Assembly: GCA_951406725.2 (NCBI GenBank)
Contig: OX597821.1
Location: 99,510,001-99,574,000, forward strand
Reading direction: 5' to 3'
Length of the DNA stretch: 64,000 nucleotides
From: Octopus vulgaris
Taxonomy: Eukaryota
A program made the translations under genes and the position numbers. The notes under the pieces are model-generated. The model made no database searches. It was given only the letters and a program-made list of their open reading frames with translations, and was not told the origin of the DNA. The stretch's first letter is position 1; every line of letters starts with the position of its first letter. Positions 11,940-23,361 of this stretch are shown here, piece by piece.

Positions 11940-12323
11940 ACTCTTTTACTTGTTTCAGTCATTTGACTGTGGCCATGCTGGAGCAAATCGATCCCAGGAC
12001 TTATTCTTTATAATCCTAGTACTTATTCTGTCAGTCTCTTTTGCCAAACCGCTATTTTACGGGGACATAAACACACCAGCATCAGTTGTCAAGCGATGTT
12101 GGAGGGACGAACACAGACATGCAAACATATACACGCACATACATATATATATTTATCTACATATATACGATGGACTTCTTTCAATTTCCGTCTACCAAAT
12201 CCACTCACAAGGCTTTGGTTGGCCCAAGGCTATAGTAGAATACACTTGCCCAAGATGCCACACAGTGGGACTAAACCCGGAACCATGTGGTTGGTAAGCA
12301 AGCTACTTACCACACAGCCACTC
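11940..12323 (-). mobile_element. SINE family B
   Basis: Near full-length match to the other family B copies. Confidence 0.9.
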
Positions 12324-12509
12324 ATCTCTGTAACTTATTAGTCCAGCAAAAAGAAAATGATAGCATATGTACCAGACACTGGTGTTAGTTTGTTTACATT
12401 GATGTATCTTAGCAGTTTGGTGTAAGAGATCAATAGAATAAGTGTCAGACTAACCCCCTATCCCCACCAAAATAACTCCAATGAAAATGCAAGAGTACTG
12501 AGGTCAATT

Positions 12510-12933
12510 AGTATAGGTAGTGGGTAGTGATTTTCTTCACTACTTCAGGGAGTGATGAACCTGCCTGACACAAGTCCCAGGCTCAGCTGGTTCCGGCTGA
12601 CAGTATCTGGTATGGGCTCCTATCCAGGGTTACGGAAAGGAGACAACCTTCAGAGAAATCCTCAGTGGAGCCCCATAGGCGATTTAGTGTTCGACTGGAC
12701 ACTCTTCTGACAGCTCCTGCAACCAAGCTGGTGCCAAACATAATGCTCTGCACTTCTTTGGACTACGTCAGCAAGGGTCAAGAGAGGAATCCTGAAGATT
12801 GGGCTACCCAGGATTTTCTTACATCTAGCCCAGGCCAATGCAAAACTGGAGGGGAAACTGGAGAGGACATGATTAGTTTATGTGCAACTCCATTGTCTCC
12901 CGAGACAAAAGGATGCCAACAGCAACAAGAACA
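12510..12933 (+). mobile_element. 424-bp non-autonomous retroposon with a (CAA)-like tail
   Basis: 13-bp TSD ACTGAGGTCAATT at 12497-12509 and 12934-12946. The tail is CCAACAGCAACAAGAACA. It sits inside a family B remnant. Confidence 0.8.
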
Positions 12934-13118
12934 ACTGAGGTCAATTTGTTCACTTAAAACCTTTCAAGGCAGTGTCTCAGTATGACCATAGTCCAAATCC
13001 AGTGACTGAAGCAAGTAAGAGATTAAAGGCAAAGTCGACTTTGGTGGAATTTGAACTCAGAACATAGCAGTTTGTCCAGCGCACTTACAATTCTGCCAAC
13101 TCATTGCTTGCCTTATGA

Positions 13119-13152
<34 letters not shown>

Positions 13153-13204
13153 GGTGGTGGTGGTGATGATGATGGTGGTGGTGATGATGATGATGATGAT
13201 GAAG

Positions 13205-13470
13205 AAGAAGAAGAAAAAGTGAAAAGAATCCATACAGCCTCAAAATTGATTGCGGTACCTATTGTGATCGGTGCACTTGGGACCATCTTAAAAAGAGTTA
13301 ATATTCTGCTATCAAAAGCTGCCATATCAAACTTCTTAGAAAGCATTCAGGTGGCAGCAGTACTTGAAACCAGCTCATGTGTCAAGGAAAGAGTTGCGTG
13401 TCAAAACTGTGGGATGGAGCAATGACGTGACAGAAACATAGATAAATGAGAAGTTGAGTGAATAAAATTA
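13205..13470 (+). pseudogene. 3' end of an RLE-type (R4/Dong-like) non-LTR retrotransposon
   Basis: Translates to VPIVIGALGTI...ESIQVAAVLET, then a short 3'UTR running into (TAA)n. Confidence 0.7.
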
Positions 13471-13500
13471 AAAATAATAATAACAATAGTAATAAAATAT

Positions 13501-13551
<51 letters not shown>

Positions 13552-13564
13552 CATAATCATAATA

Positions 13565-13748
13565 ATTTCTGCATTGTGACTGACCAAACTATTGAAGCAG
13601 GGAAAATAGATATGATTGTGAAGGAGAGAAAGAACAAACAGTGTAAGAGCATTGATTTTGCAATCCAGAATGATAATAGAGTGAATATCAAAGGAAGTGT
13701 GAAAATTGAGAAATATCAGGTCTGAGGCAGAGAGATGAAGAGATTGTG
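13565..13748 (+). pseudogene. RLE endonuclease fragment (R4/Dong-like)
   Basis: Translates to FCIVTDQTIEAGKIDMIVKERKNKQCKSIDFAIQNDNRVNIKGSVKIEKYQV*GREMKRL, a decayed RPD..IDFA..K.EKY motif. Confidence 0.75.
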
Positions 13749-13899
13749 TCATCATCGTTATCATTGTTGTTTTCATTGTCATAGTCATCGCCACTGCCGT
13801 CATCACCTTTCATCTTTTCAGAATCAATGAATAATCAATCCTGAAACCGGAGTCAGTTCTTCTTTCTCTTACAATTTTGTTTGTCTTCTGGAAGAAATC

Positions 13900-14545
13900 A
13901 TTTGGTTCAAGAGAAAAACACCGACTCAAGAGGAAAATACTGGCCTAAGTGAAAAATACTGGCTCAAGAGATAAACGCTGGCTCAAGAGATAAATGCTGT
14001 CTCAAGAAATAATGAGATAATCATTAGCTTAAGAAAAAAAAACATTGGTTTAAGAGAAAAGCAATAGCTCAAGAGATATAAACATTAGCTCGAGAGGACA
14101 TCACTAACTTATGAGAAAACACTGGTTCAAGAAGAAAGTATTAGCTTAAGAGAAAAATATTGGCTCAAGAGATAGATGCTGGTTCAAGAGGAAGACACTA
14201 ACTTATGAGAAAAACACTGGCTCAAGAGATAAATACTGGTTCAAGAGGACACCACTAACTTATGAGAAAAGCACTAGCTCAAGAAGAAAGTACTAGCTTA
14301 AGAGAAAAACATTGGCTCAAGAAATAGATGCTGGTTCAAGAGGAAAACACTAACTTATGAGAAAACACTGGCTCAAGAAGAAAGTACTGGCTTAAGAGAA
14401 AAGCACTGGCTGAAGGGATAAATATACTGGCTCAAATTAAGAATATTGACCCAACAGAAAAATGCCGGTTCAAAAGAAAAATAGAGGCTCAAGGAAAAAC
14501 TACTTACTCAAGAGATAAACACTAGTTTAAGGGATAAACATTGAT
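13900..14545. repeat. Minisatellite, unit about 21 bp (ACTGGCTCAAGAGAAAAAC-like)
   Basis: About 30 diverged tandem units. The variant CACTAACTTATGAGAAAA recurs periodically. Confidence 0.9.
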
Positions 14546-14602
14546 TCCTTGGATTTTTGTTTTGGAAAGGTATGAAGAAAATCTTAACAAGTACACTGGG
14601 AT

Positions 14603-14834
14603 TATTTACATTTGACGGATATTTGTCCTCATCTTGTTTGTTGTTAACACAGCGTTTTGGCTGATATACCCTCCAGCCTTCATCAGGTGTCTTGGAGAAA
14701 TTTCGAAACAGGGTTCTCATTCCTAAGGTATTTTTCGATGTTGTTAATATTATTATTCACTATGCCATATGGCGTAGTGGTTAAGAGTGCAGGCTACTAA
14801 ACCCAAGTTTCCAAGTTCGATTCCAGGCAGTGAA

Positions 14835-14884
<50 letters not shown>

Positions 14885-15072
14885 CAACAACATAGAAAAA
14901 GACCTTAGGAATGAGAACCCAGATTCGAAATTTCCCCAAGACACCTGATGAAGGCTGGAGGGTATATCAGCTGTAATGTTGTGTTAACAACAAACAAGAT
15001 GAGGACAAATATCCGTCAAATGTAAATAATGTAAATACTGTAAATAATTCCTCATCTCTTAAATATAGAATG
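14603..15072. mobile_element. Fold-back insertion of a tRNA-headed, hammerhead-tailed short element (family H)
   Basis: 14603-14760 is the reverse complement of about 14875-15030. A tRNA-like head lies at 14769-14835, with HHR cores at 14646-14691 (-) and 14940-14985 (+). TSD AAGTACACTGGGAT / AAGTACACTTGGAT. Confidence 0.85.
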
Positions 15073-15489
15073 AAGTACACTTGGATAAATCATTAAATCT
15101 TGGACTATCTTTGAGACTTTTATGAATCATCTTCAAATATTTGAGCAATCTCTAGAGATTCTAACAACATCAACAACATGGAGTCTTTAGGGTGCACTTT
15201 ATATGCTAGAAATAACAGCCAGAGTCCCACCCCTCACATTTAACATCTTAAAAAAAGGAGCGTACATTGGGTGATGCAGACCTAGATTATATTGTTAAAT
15301 ATAAAATGATATGGTCATGTCATGGTTGGAACACTTTGATCAAGGCTTGTTTGATCAGGACTGACCTAGGGCTAAAGAACAAACATCAATAAGAATAACA
15401 AAAAATTCGAAACAAAACAAAAAAAAAAACTTACAACAATCTATCTACAAAAAACTCCCTCTTTTATAGTCTTCTTTCACATTATTGGA

Positions 15490-16809
15490 GGTGGTGTTAG
15501 TGGTGTTGGTGGAGATGATAGTGGAGATATAGTCTTGGTGGTGTTAGTGAAAGATGTGGTGGTAGTGGTGGCCTACATACTGAGGATATGACGACGTCGA
15601 TGATGATGATTGATGGTGGTGGCAGTGTTGATAATGGTGGGTAGTGGTGGTGATGATGATGACAACAACAACGACGATGGCAACAATGATGATAATAATG
15701 ATGATGATGATGATGATGATGATGGGGACTGGTGATGGTGGCAGTGATGATAATGATGGTGGTGATGATGATGATGGTGGTGATGATGACAATGATAATG
15801 GTGATGATAACAATGATGGTTAATGATGAAGATGATGATGATAGTGATGACGATGATGGTAATGATGAAGATTATGATGATAGTGATGACGATGATGGTG
15901 ATGATGATGATGATGATGATAGTGATGACAATGATGATGATGATAATGGTGATGACAATGATGGTAATGATGAAGATGATGATGGTGATGATGATGATGA
16001 TAGTGATGACAATGATGGTGATGATGAAGATGATGATGATAGTGATGACAATGATGATGATGATAATGGTGATGACAATGATGGTAATGATGAAGATGAT
16101 GATGGTGATGATGATGATGATAGTGATGACAATGATGGTGATGATGAAGATGATGATGATAGTGATGACAATGATGGTGATGATGATGATGATGGTGATG
16201 ATGACGATGATGGTGAAGACGATGACGAAGATGATGATGATTATGATGACGATGATGATGATGATGATAATTGGTGATGATGATTGGTGATGGTGGTGGC
16301 CTTGGTGGCTGTGGTGGCAACAGTAATAATGGTGGTGGTGATGGTTGATGTGGTGGTGATGATGACGATGATGATAATGATAATTGGTGGTGGTGGTGAT
16401 GGTGATGATGGTTGGTCGCTGTGGTAAGGGTGACTGTAGTGGTAGTGAGAGTGATGGTGGTGGTGGTAGTGGTGTCATTGGTTGTGTTAGCAGGGGTGAT
16501 ATTACTAATGGTGGTGGTGGTGGGGAGGGGGGCTCAATGGGATTGGTAGGGGGTTAGTGGTGGTGGTGGTGATGGGGAAGAGAACGATGAGTAACATCAT
16601 GGAAAAGATCAATGAACAAATCAATTACTAATATGGAAGAAGGTTGGTTGTGAGACTGGCACCAAGAACGATGATGGTTGTTGTTGTTGGTGATGATGAT
16701 GAGGATGAAGAGGAGGAGGAGGATTATGATAGTTTGCATGTTAATGACAATGATGCTATGATGGAGAAAATGATGGTAAGAATGCCAGAGGTAATGATGA
16801 AGTTGATGG

Positions 16810-16851
<42 letters not shown>

Positions 16852-17320
16852 CAATGATGATGATGACAATGATGGTAATGATGATGGTGGTGGTGGTGGT
16901 GGCAGTAGAGGTGATGATAATAAGGGCAATGATAAGTATGAAGAGAAAATGGTGTTAATGATGACAGTGATGATGATGATGATCATGATGATGTTGATAT
17001 TAACATTTACATATTGATGGTGATGATTATGATAGAGGAAATAATAATACAGACGATGATGATGATGATGATGATGATGGGTGTGGTTGTGAGGGTGATG
17101 ATGATTATAAAAGGAGAAAATGATGATAGTGATGATAACGATGATAACATTTCTGCTTCTGCTGCGGTTGTTCTTATTAATCATCATCATCATCATCATC
17201 ATTTAACGTCCGGTTGTTTATATGTTGTAATGATTATGCTATAGATGATGATGATAATGATGATGATGACGATGACTAATGATGATGATGACGATGACTA
17301 ATGATAATGTCGACGATGAT
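15490..17320. repeat. Long degenerate (GAT)/(GGT) trinucleotide array with a 120-bp internal tandem duplication (about 15900-16180)
   Basis: Seen directly. It is the source of the poly-D/M/H/I ORFs. Confidence 0.95.
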
Positions 17321-17324
17321 GATG

Positions 17325-17704
17325 CTGATAAGTGAGGATGACAAGGGTGATGATGATAGCGATCGCATGATGGTAGTGATGATGATGATGACGATGATAA
17401 TGATGATAGCAATGTTAATGATAATGATATTCACATGATCGTGATGATGATGATGTTAACGATGATGATGTCGATGATGATGATAATGATCATGGCAGTA
17501 ATAACAGCGTTAATTATTTAGTAAACTTGGAACTGGTATGGACCATGGGGCATTCCGACTGTCCAACTAAAATGGAGCATTGCATAGCCGGATGAGCCGC
17601 ACAGACACAGAAAACTAAATAAAAGAAGGTTTTTTTTTAGATGTTTAGCATGTATCCAAAGTTGTAGGTAAATGTTTCACAGGTGTATCCACATCTGAGC
17701 CAAT
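17325..17704 (+). mobile_element. Second, inverted copy of the 6566-6950 PLE-like sequence, ending before the ribozyme
   Basis: AACTTGGAACTGGTATGGACC...CCACATCTGAGCCAAT is the reverse complement of 6566-6950 with scattered substitutions. Confidence 0.85.
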
Positions 17705-19818
17705 GAGGGAGATGGATGAGCCAGCATCAGATCATTGAGCTGTTTTGCCACATTTGCTTTGGGCCACAGCGCTTTGCGTTCAAACCCCAATGAAGTTGGT
17801 CTTATCTTTTATCCTTTTGGAGTCAATGAAATAAAGTACCAATCAAGGATGGTAGATGGGACCAGATACCTTGTGGCGTTTGTTCCACTCCTTTGCAATT
17901 TTGATGTCTAAACGATGATGATGATGATGATGATGATGGATGGATGACTTAATCTGTCATCCACTGTAATTATAATAAGGGATTCTGATTGAGGGACAAG
18001 GCTGGTTATTTAATGGGAGGAGTGGGGTTAGTTGATTCGACTTCAGGACTTGACTAGTATTTTATTTTATTGACCTTCATAGGACATAAAGTGAAGTTGG
18101 CTTCAGCAGGATTTGAACTCAGAACATAAGGAACCAGAACAAATACCTCAAGAAGTTTGGTCTGACTCTCCAGTGACTCCACCAGTCCACTGCCCTAGGG
18201 TTAGGGGGTCAGGGTTTAGGCTTTAGGGTTAGAGTTATGGTTATTGGTATAATAATAATAGTTCTTTTTAATTTTGGCACCAGACCAGCAATTTTGAGGG
18301 TGCACAAGTCAGTTACATTAACCCCAGATAGTAAGAGACTTATTTTTTACCTCTTAGTCAGGAGGAAAGAGCAGTGCTCATGACTCTACAGGGCCTTGGA
18401 GATTAGTGACAGGAAGGGTGGAAAGGCTCCTTTATCAGAGACCTGGTCTGAATGCCTGCAAGTGACTGTCTACAATTTGGTCTGTGATGGTTTTGAACTG
18501 GGTGGCAGATTTTATATTTCTATTGAATTACATTGTCTTTATTTTCCTTGCCAATCATGTGGTTTTGGGTTCAGTCCCACTCTGTGACACCTTGGGCAAG
18601 TGCCTAGTGATCCAAAGCCCTGTGAGTGGATTTGGTAAATGAAAACTGACGGAAACCCAAATACATTTGTTCCCTTTTCTGGGAAAAACATATCTAACCA
18701 TGGGAAGTAATACGTTGCTTGGAAACAGGTGAGGATTTGCAACAGGAAGGGCACACTGGCATAGAAAATCTGCCTCAATGAATTTTGTCTCACTCATGCC
18801 AGCATGGAAAAGGAGCTGCCAAAACAATGACGATGATAAATTTTGTTATTATTAAACTAATGTTTGGAACATAAATTAACAAGAAATTTCTGGAAGGTTT
18901 AAATGTAGATCACTTTAAAAATCATGAAGTTTGTACCTAAGAACCAAGGGCAGCCCCAGGTGGATTGGTATTAATAAGGTTATGCCTAACACTCATACAA
19001 GCCACAGTGGGATTTGAAATCAGAATGCAAAGAATGCAGAGAACAAATCCCACAAGACACTGGATTCTGACTGATGTGCTAATGATTGTTAATGTCATCA
19101 TTACTGCCGCCATTGCCGCTGTCGCCACCGCCGCCTCCACCACCACCATTGTCTTTGTCGTCAATGCTACATTAAGCATCTGTATTTCTTCTCTATGCCC
19201 ACTTTACTTCGAGCAGTGAACTAATGTTTCTGTCAGTCTTCTGCTCTCAAAATGGTACTTATTTATCAACCCACCCCCACCCAGAAGGATGAAAGTCACA
19301 GTTGACCTTGGCCATATTTGAAATCACTATGCAAAGTGCGGAAATAAACGCTACCGAGCATCTTGTCCAATGCACAAACAATTCTGCTAATTCACCATCT
19401 GACAAACATGAACCAATGAAATCCATTTTGAGGACAAGATGCCATGTAAAAAAAAAATTGGTGTGGGTGTTGGTGCCACTTAAAAAGAACTGGTGATGGT
19501 GCTACATAAAAAGCATCCAGTACATTTTGTAGAGTGGTTGGCATTAGAAAGGGCATCCAGCTGTATGAGGGAGTGCTGAAAAGTCCCTGGTGAATACCCT
19601 TAAGGGTATTGCAAAAAGCCTGTTACTCAGAGTTTCACATTCCCATGTGTCAGAGTTTTGTTTATGAAACTCTGACTAAGAGATTTTGTGATATTTTTGC
19701 TACTTTTTAATAAAACATATTATGCTACCTCTGGTATTCAAGTACTATTGTTTTCAACCTTCTTTCACATTTATGTGCTTACTCTGGTATATATATATAT
19801 AGGGTCGAGTTGACCAAT

Positions 19819-20010
19819 ACAGTTCTATATTTAAGAGATGAGGAATTATGTACATTATTTACATTCAACGGATATTTGTCCTCATCGTGTTTGTTGATGA
19901 TGATGATGATGATGATGATGATATCATTTCGGCTGATATACCCTCGAGCCTTCTTCAGGTGTCTTAGGGAAATTTCGAACCTGGGTTCTGATTCCTAAGG
20001 TATTTTTCGA

Positions 20011-20080
<70 letters not shown>

Positions 20081-20170
20081 GTTCAGGTCACTGCTTGGCA
20101 TCAAACTCAGAATCTTGGGGTTAGTAGCCCGCACTCTTAACCACTACGCCCACGGCCGTATGGCGTAAAG
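19819..20170 (-). mobile_element. Family H element (tRNA head, (AAT)n, hammerhead tail) with a short 5' fold-back
   Basis: The minus-strand head is GGCGTAGTGGTTAAGAGTGCGGGCTACTAACCCC and the core is GACAC-CUGAAGA-AGGCU..AGCC-GAAA. Flanked by GTTGACCAAT / GTTAACCAAT. Confidence 0.85.
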
Positions 20171-20689
20171 GTTAACCAATGTTTTGCAAGTGAATCTGGT
20201 AAACGGAAACTGTATGAAAGCCTGTTGTGTGTGTGTGTGTGTGTGCATGTGTGTACGTGTGTGTGCATGTGTATACATGTGTGTGTTTGCACATGTATGT
20301 GTGTGTATTTGTGTTTGTGCTCAAACTGCTTAATAACTGAATCGTGGTTTGTTTATGCCCTATAACTTAGCAGTTCAGCAAAAGAAGTGATGTAATAAGT
20401 ACCTGATTTTAAAAAAAATATCTACTGGGGACAATTTTTTCAACTAAATCCTTTCAAGATGGTTTCCCGGCTTGGTCGCAGTCCAATAATTGAAACAAGT
20501 AAAAGAAAAAAAAAAAACGAAAAAAATAAGAATGGGATACAAAAAAAAAAAGCAACAGCCACCCAAAGCAAACAAGAACTTTGGTTTATATAACACAACC
20601 CACTCTTTGGTTATTTGTTTACATGTTTACAGATGTCAAACACAGATCACCTTTTCACTTGAGTGGATGAATAGATACTGAATGTGACA

Positions 20690-20770
20690 ACAAGGATGAT
20701 GATGATGATGATGATGGTGATGGTAATATCATTTGAAAGGATCTTTCAATTCAAAGGTTGTGGTAGCAGA

Positions 20771-20811
<41 letters not shown>

Positions 20812-21450
20812 GGATGATGAAGTTATGGCGCTGTTGTTGATGACGGCTGTAGTGATGACGATGATGATGATGATGGTGATGAGGATGATGAAGTTATGGC
20901 GCTGTTGTTGATGACGGCTGTAGTGATGACGATGATGATGATGATGGTGATGAGGATGATGAAGTTATGGCTCTGTTGTTGATGACGGCTGTAGTGATGA
21001 CGATGATGATGATGATGGTGACACTAGCAACAATGCAGATAATGGTAGCAGAGACAATGATTATGATGATGCTAACACTACTGTTGATGCTGTTGCTGAT
21101 GACGATGACGACAACAAAGACAATAGAGATATTAATGCAGATGATGATGATGATGATGATGATATCAATGCAGATGATGATGGCAACAATGACAATAGTG
21201 ATGACAATGATGATGACGATGATGATGATGACGACAACAAAGACAATAGAGATATTAATGCAGATGATGATGATGATTATTATTATTATATGATGACAAT
21301 TATTATTATTATTATTATATGATGATGATATCAATGCAGATGATGATGGCAACAATGACAATAGTGATGACAATGATGACGACAATGTTGATGATGATGA
21401 TGACAATGATGACGGCGATGATGATGATGATGATGATGCAGATGATAGTA
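20690..21450. repeat. (GAT)n-derived array with about 72-bp and longer internal duplications
   Basis: GAGGATGATGAAGTTATGGC recurs near 20810, 20881 and 20952. Confidence 0.9.
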
Positions 21451-21977
21451 TCATTTGAATGGGTCTTTTAATTTCACAAGTACAATAAAGGCAAAGAAAT
21501 ACCATAAAGCTAGAATTTCTTTCACCGTAGTGTATTTTCTTTATTGTTTACTGTTTTTTGTTTGACACATTTGTTCTTAACGTTTTCTTTTTCCTTTTCT
21601 TTTTCTTTTCTTCTGCTTCTCCCCTCCCCCCCCTGCTCATTCACCTCTTTTCTACAAATATCCATTTACTTTAGGAATCAATTTTCCTACTACATCAATA
21701 AACATTCCATCTATTGATAAATGTAGCCATACCAACAAAAAAATTCCTCCCTGAACTGAAATATTTGTTTTTGTCTTTTCTTTCTCAAAAAAATTGCTTT
21801 ATTTTCTTCTTTATTTATTTTTAACATGTCGATAGTTGAATGTGGTTGGAATCTGGAGGTAAAAAAAAATAACAGAAATATAAAAAAGACCCCTGAAAAA
21901 TCTGCTATGATTTGGCTATGAATATATAAAAAAAACAAAAAAAACTTCACTTTCTGACACAGACCATCGGTGTCGGC

Positions 21978-22955
21978 GGCAGTGGTGATGGGGTGGGGTG
22001 GTGGCAGTGGTGATGGTGGTGGTGGTGGTGGCAGTGGTGATGGTGGTGGTGGTGGCAGTGGTGATGGTGGTGGTGGTGGCAGTGGTGATAGTGGTGGTGG
22101 TTGCAGTGGTGATGGTGGTGGTGGCAGTGGTGATGCTAGTGGTGGCAGTGGTGATGGTGGTGGCGGCAGTGGTGATGGTGGTGGTGGCGGCAGTGGTGAT
22201 GGTGGTGGTGGTGCCAGTGGTGATGGTGGTGGTGGTGGCAGTGGTGATGATGGTGGTGGTGGCAGTGGTGATGGTGGTGGTGGCAGTGGTGATGATGGTG
22301 GTGGTGGCAGTGGTGATGATGGTGGTGGTGGCAGTGGTGATGGTGGTGGTGGTGGCAGTGGTGATGGTGGTGGTGGTGGCAGTGGTGATGGTGGTGGTGG
22401 TGGCAGTGGTGATGGTGGTGGTGGTGGTGGCAGTGGTGATGGGGGTGGTGGCGGCAGTGGTGATGGTGGTGGTGGTGGCAGTGGTGATGGTGGTGGTGGT
22501 GGCAGTGGTGGTGGTGGTGGTGGTGGCAGTGGTGATGGTGGTGGTGGTGGCAGTGGTGATGGTGGTGGTGGTGGCAGTGGTGATGGTGGTGGCGGCAGTG
22601 GTGATGGTGGTGGTGGTGGCAGTGGTGATGGTGGTGGTGGTGGCAGTGGTGATGGTGGTGGTGGTGGCAGTGGTGATGGTGGTGGTGGCAGTGGTGATGG
22701 TGGTGGTGGTGGCAGTGGTGATGGTGGTGGTGGCGGCAGTGGTGATAGTGGTGGTGGTTGCAGTGGTGATGGTGGTGGTGGCAGTGGTGATGGTAGTGGT
22801 GGCAGTGGTGATGGTGGTGGTGGCAGTGGTGATGGTGGTGGCGGCAGTGGTGATGGTGGTGGTGGCGGCAGTGGTGATGGGGGTGGTGGTGGCAGTGGTG
22901 ATGGTGGTGGTGGTGGCAGTGGTGATGGTGGTGGCAGTGGTGATGGTGGTGGTGT
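21978..22955. repeat. Homogeneous G-rich minisatellite (GGCAGTGGTGAT(GGT)n), unit 18-27 bp
   Basis: About 40 near-identical units, open in several frames on both strands. Confidence 0.95.
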
Positions 22956-23318
22956 TGATGATAGTGATAGGTGTAGTATTGATGGCGATGGTGGTGCTGG
23001 TGGTGATGGCACCCATCGATAGATTTTATACGATAGTAGAAATTGATGGATATTGTGAAATCAAAATACTTTATGACTTTATGGATGATATAAATGCTGG
23101 ATAGAAAAAGTAGATAAGCTTTATGGATATTTAGAATATATATATATACATATATATATACGCACACATGCACACATCGCATATACATATGCATGTGTAT
23201 GTGTGTATATATATATATGTATACATATAGATATATAAGTATAAGTATATATATATATATATATATATATACTTATACTTATATATCTATATGTATACAT
23301 ATATATATATAAGTATAA

Positions 23319-23361
<43 letters not shown>

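Noticed and set aside
13900-14545. CRISPR array
   Set aside because: The context is eukaryotic and the diverged units are contiguous, without unique spacers.
14769-14835. Functional tRNA gene (also considered at 29078-29150 and 60155-60226)
   Set aside because: The acceptor and T stems do not pair well, and each is the head of a longer repeat. They are SINE heads.
15544-17244. Poly-Asp/Met/His/Ile ORFs
   Set aside because: These are translations of (GAT)n arrays.
6566-17704. 11-kb DNA transposon bounded by long TIRs
   Set aside because: There is no TSD at the outer ends and no transposase inside, and the left arm continues outward into a hammerhead-bearing sequence.
18195-18235. Telomere-like TTAGGG variants
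   Set aside because: Only a few degenerate units are present, which is not a true telomeric array.
21711-23194. 350-433 aa ORFs (extensin-like PPPSPL, Gly/Ser-rich, Thr-rich, His-rich)
   Set aside because: They are open in several frames on both strands because the unit length is a multiple of 3 and lacks stops. There is no non-repetitive coding flank.
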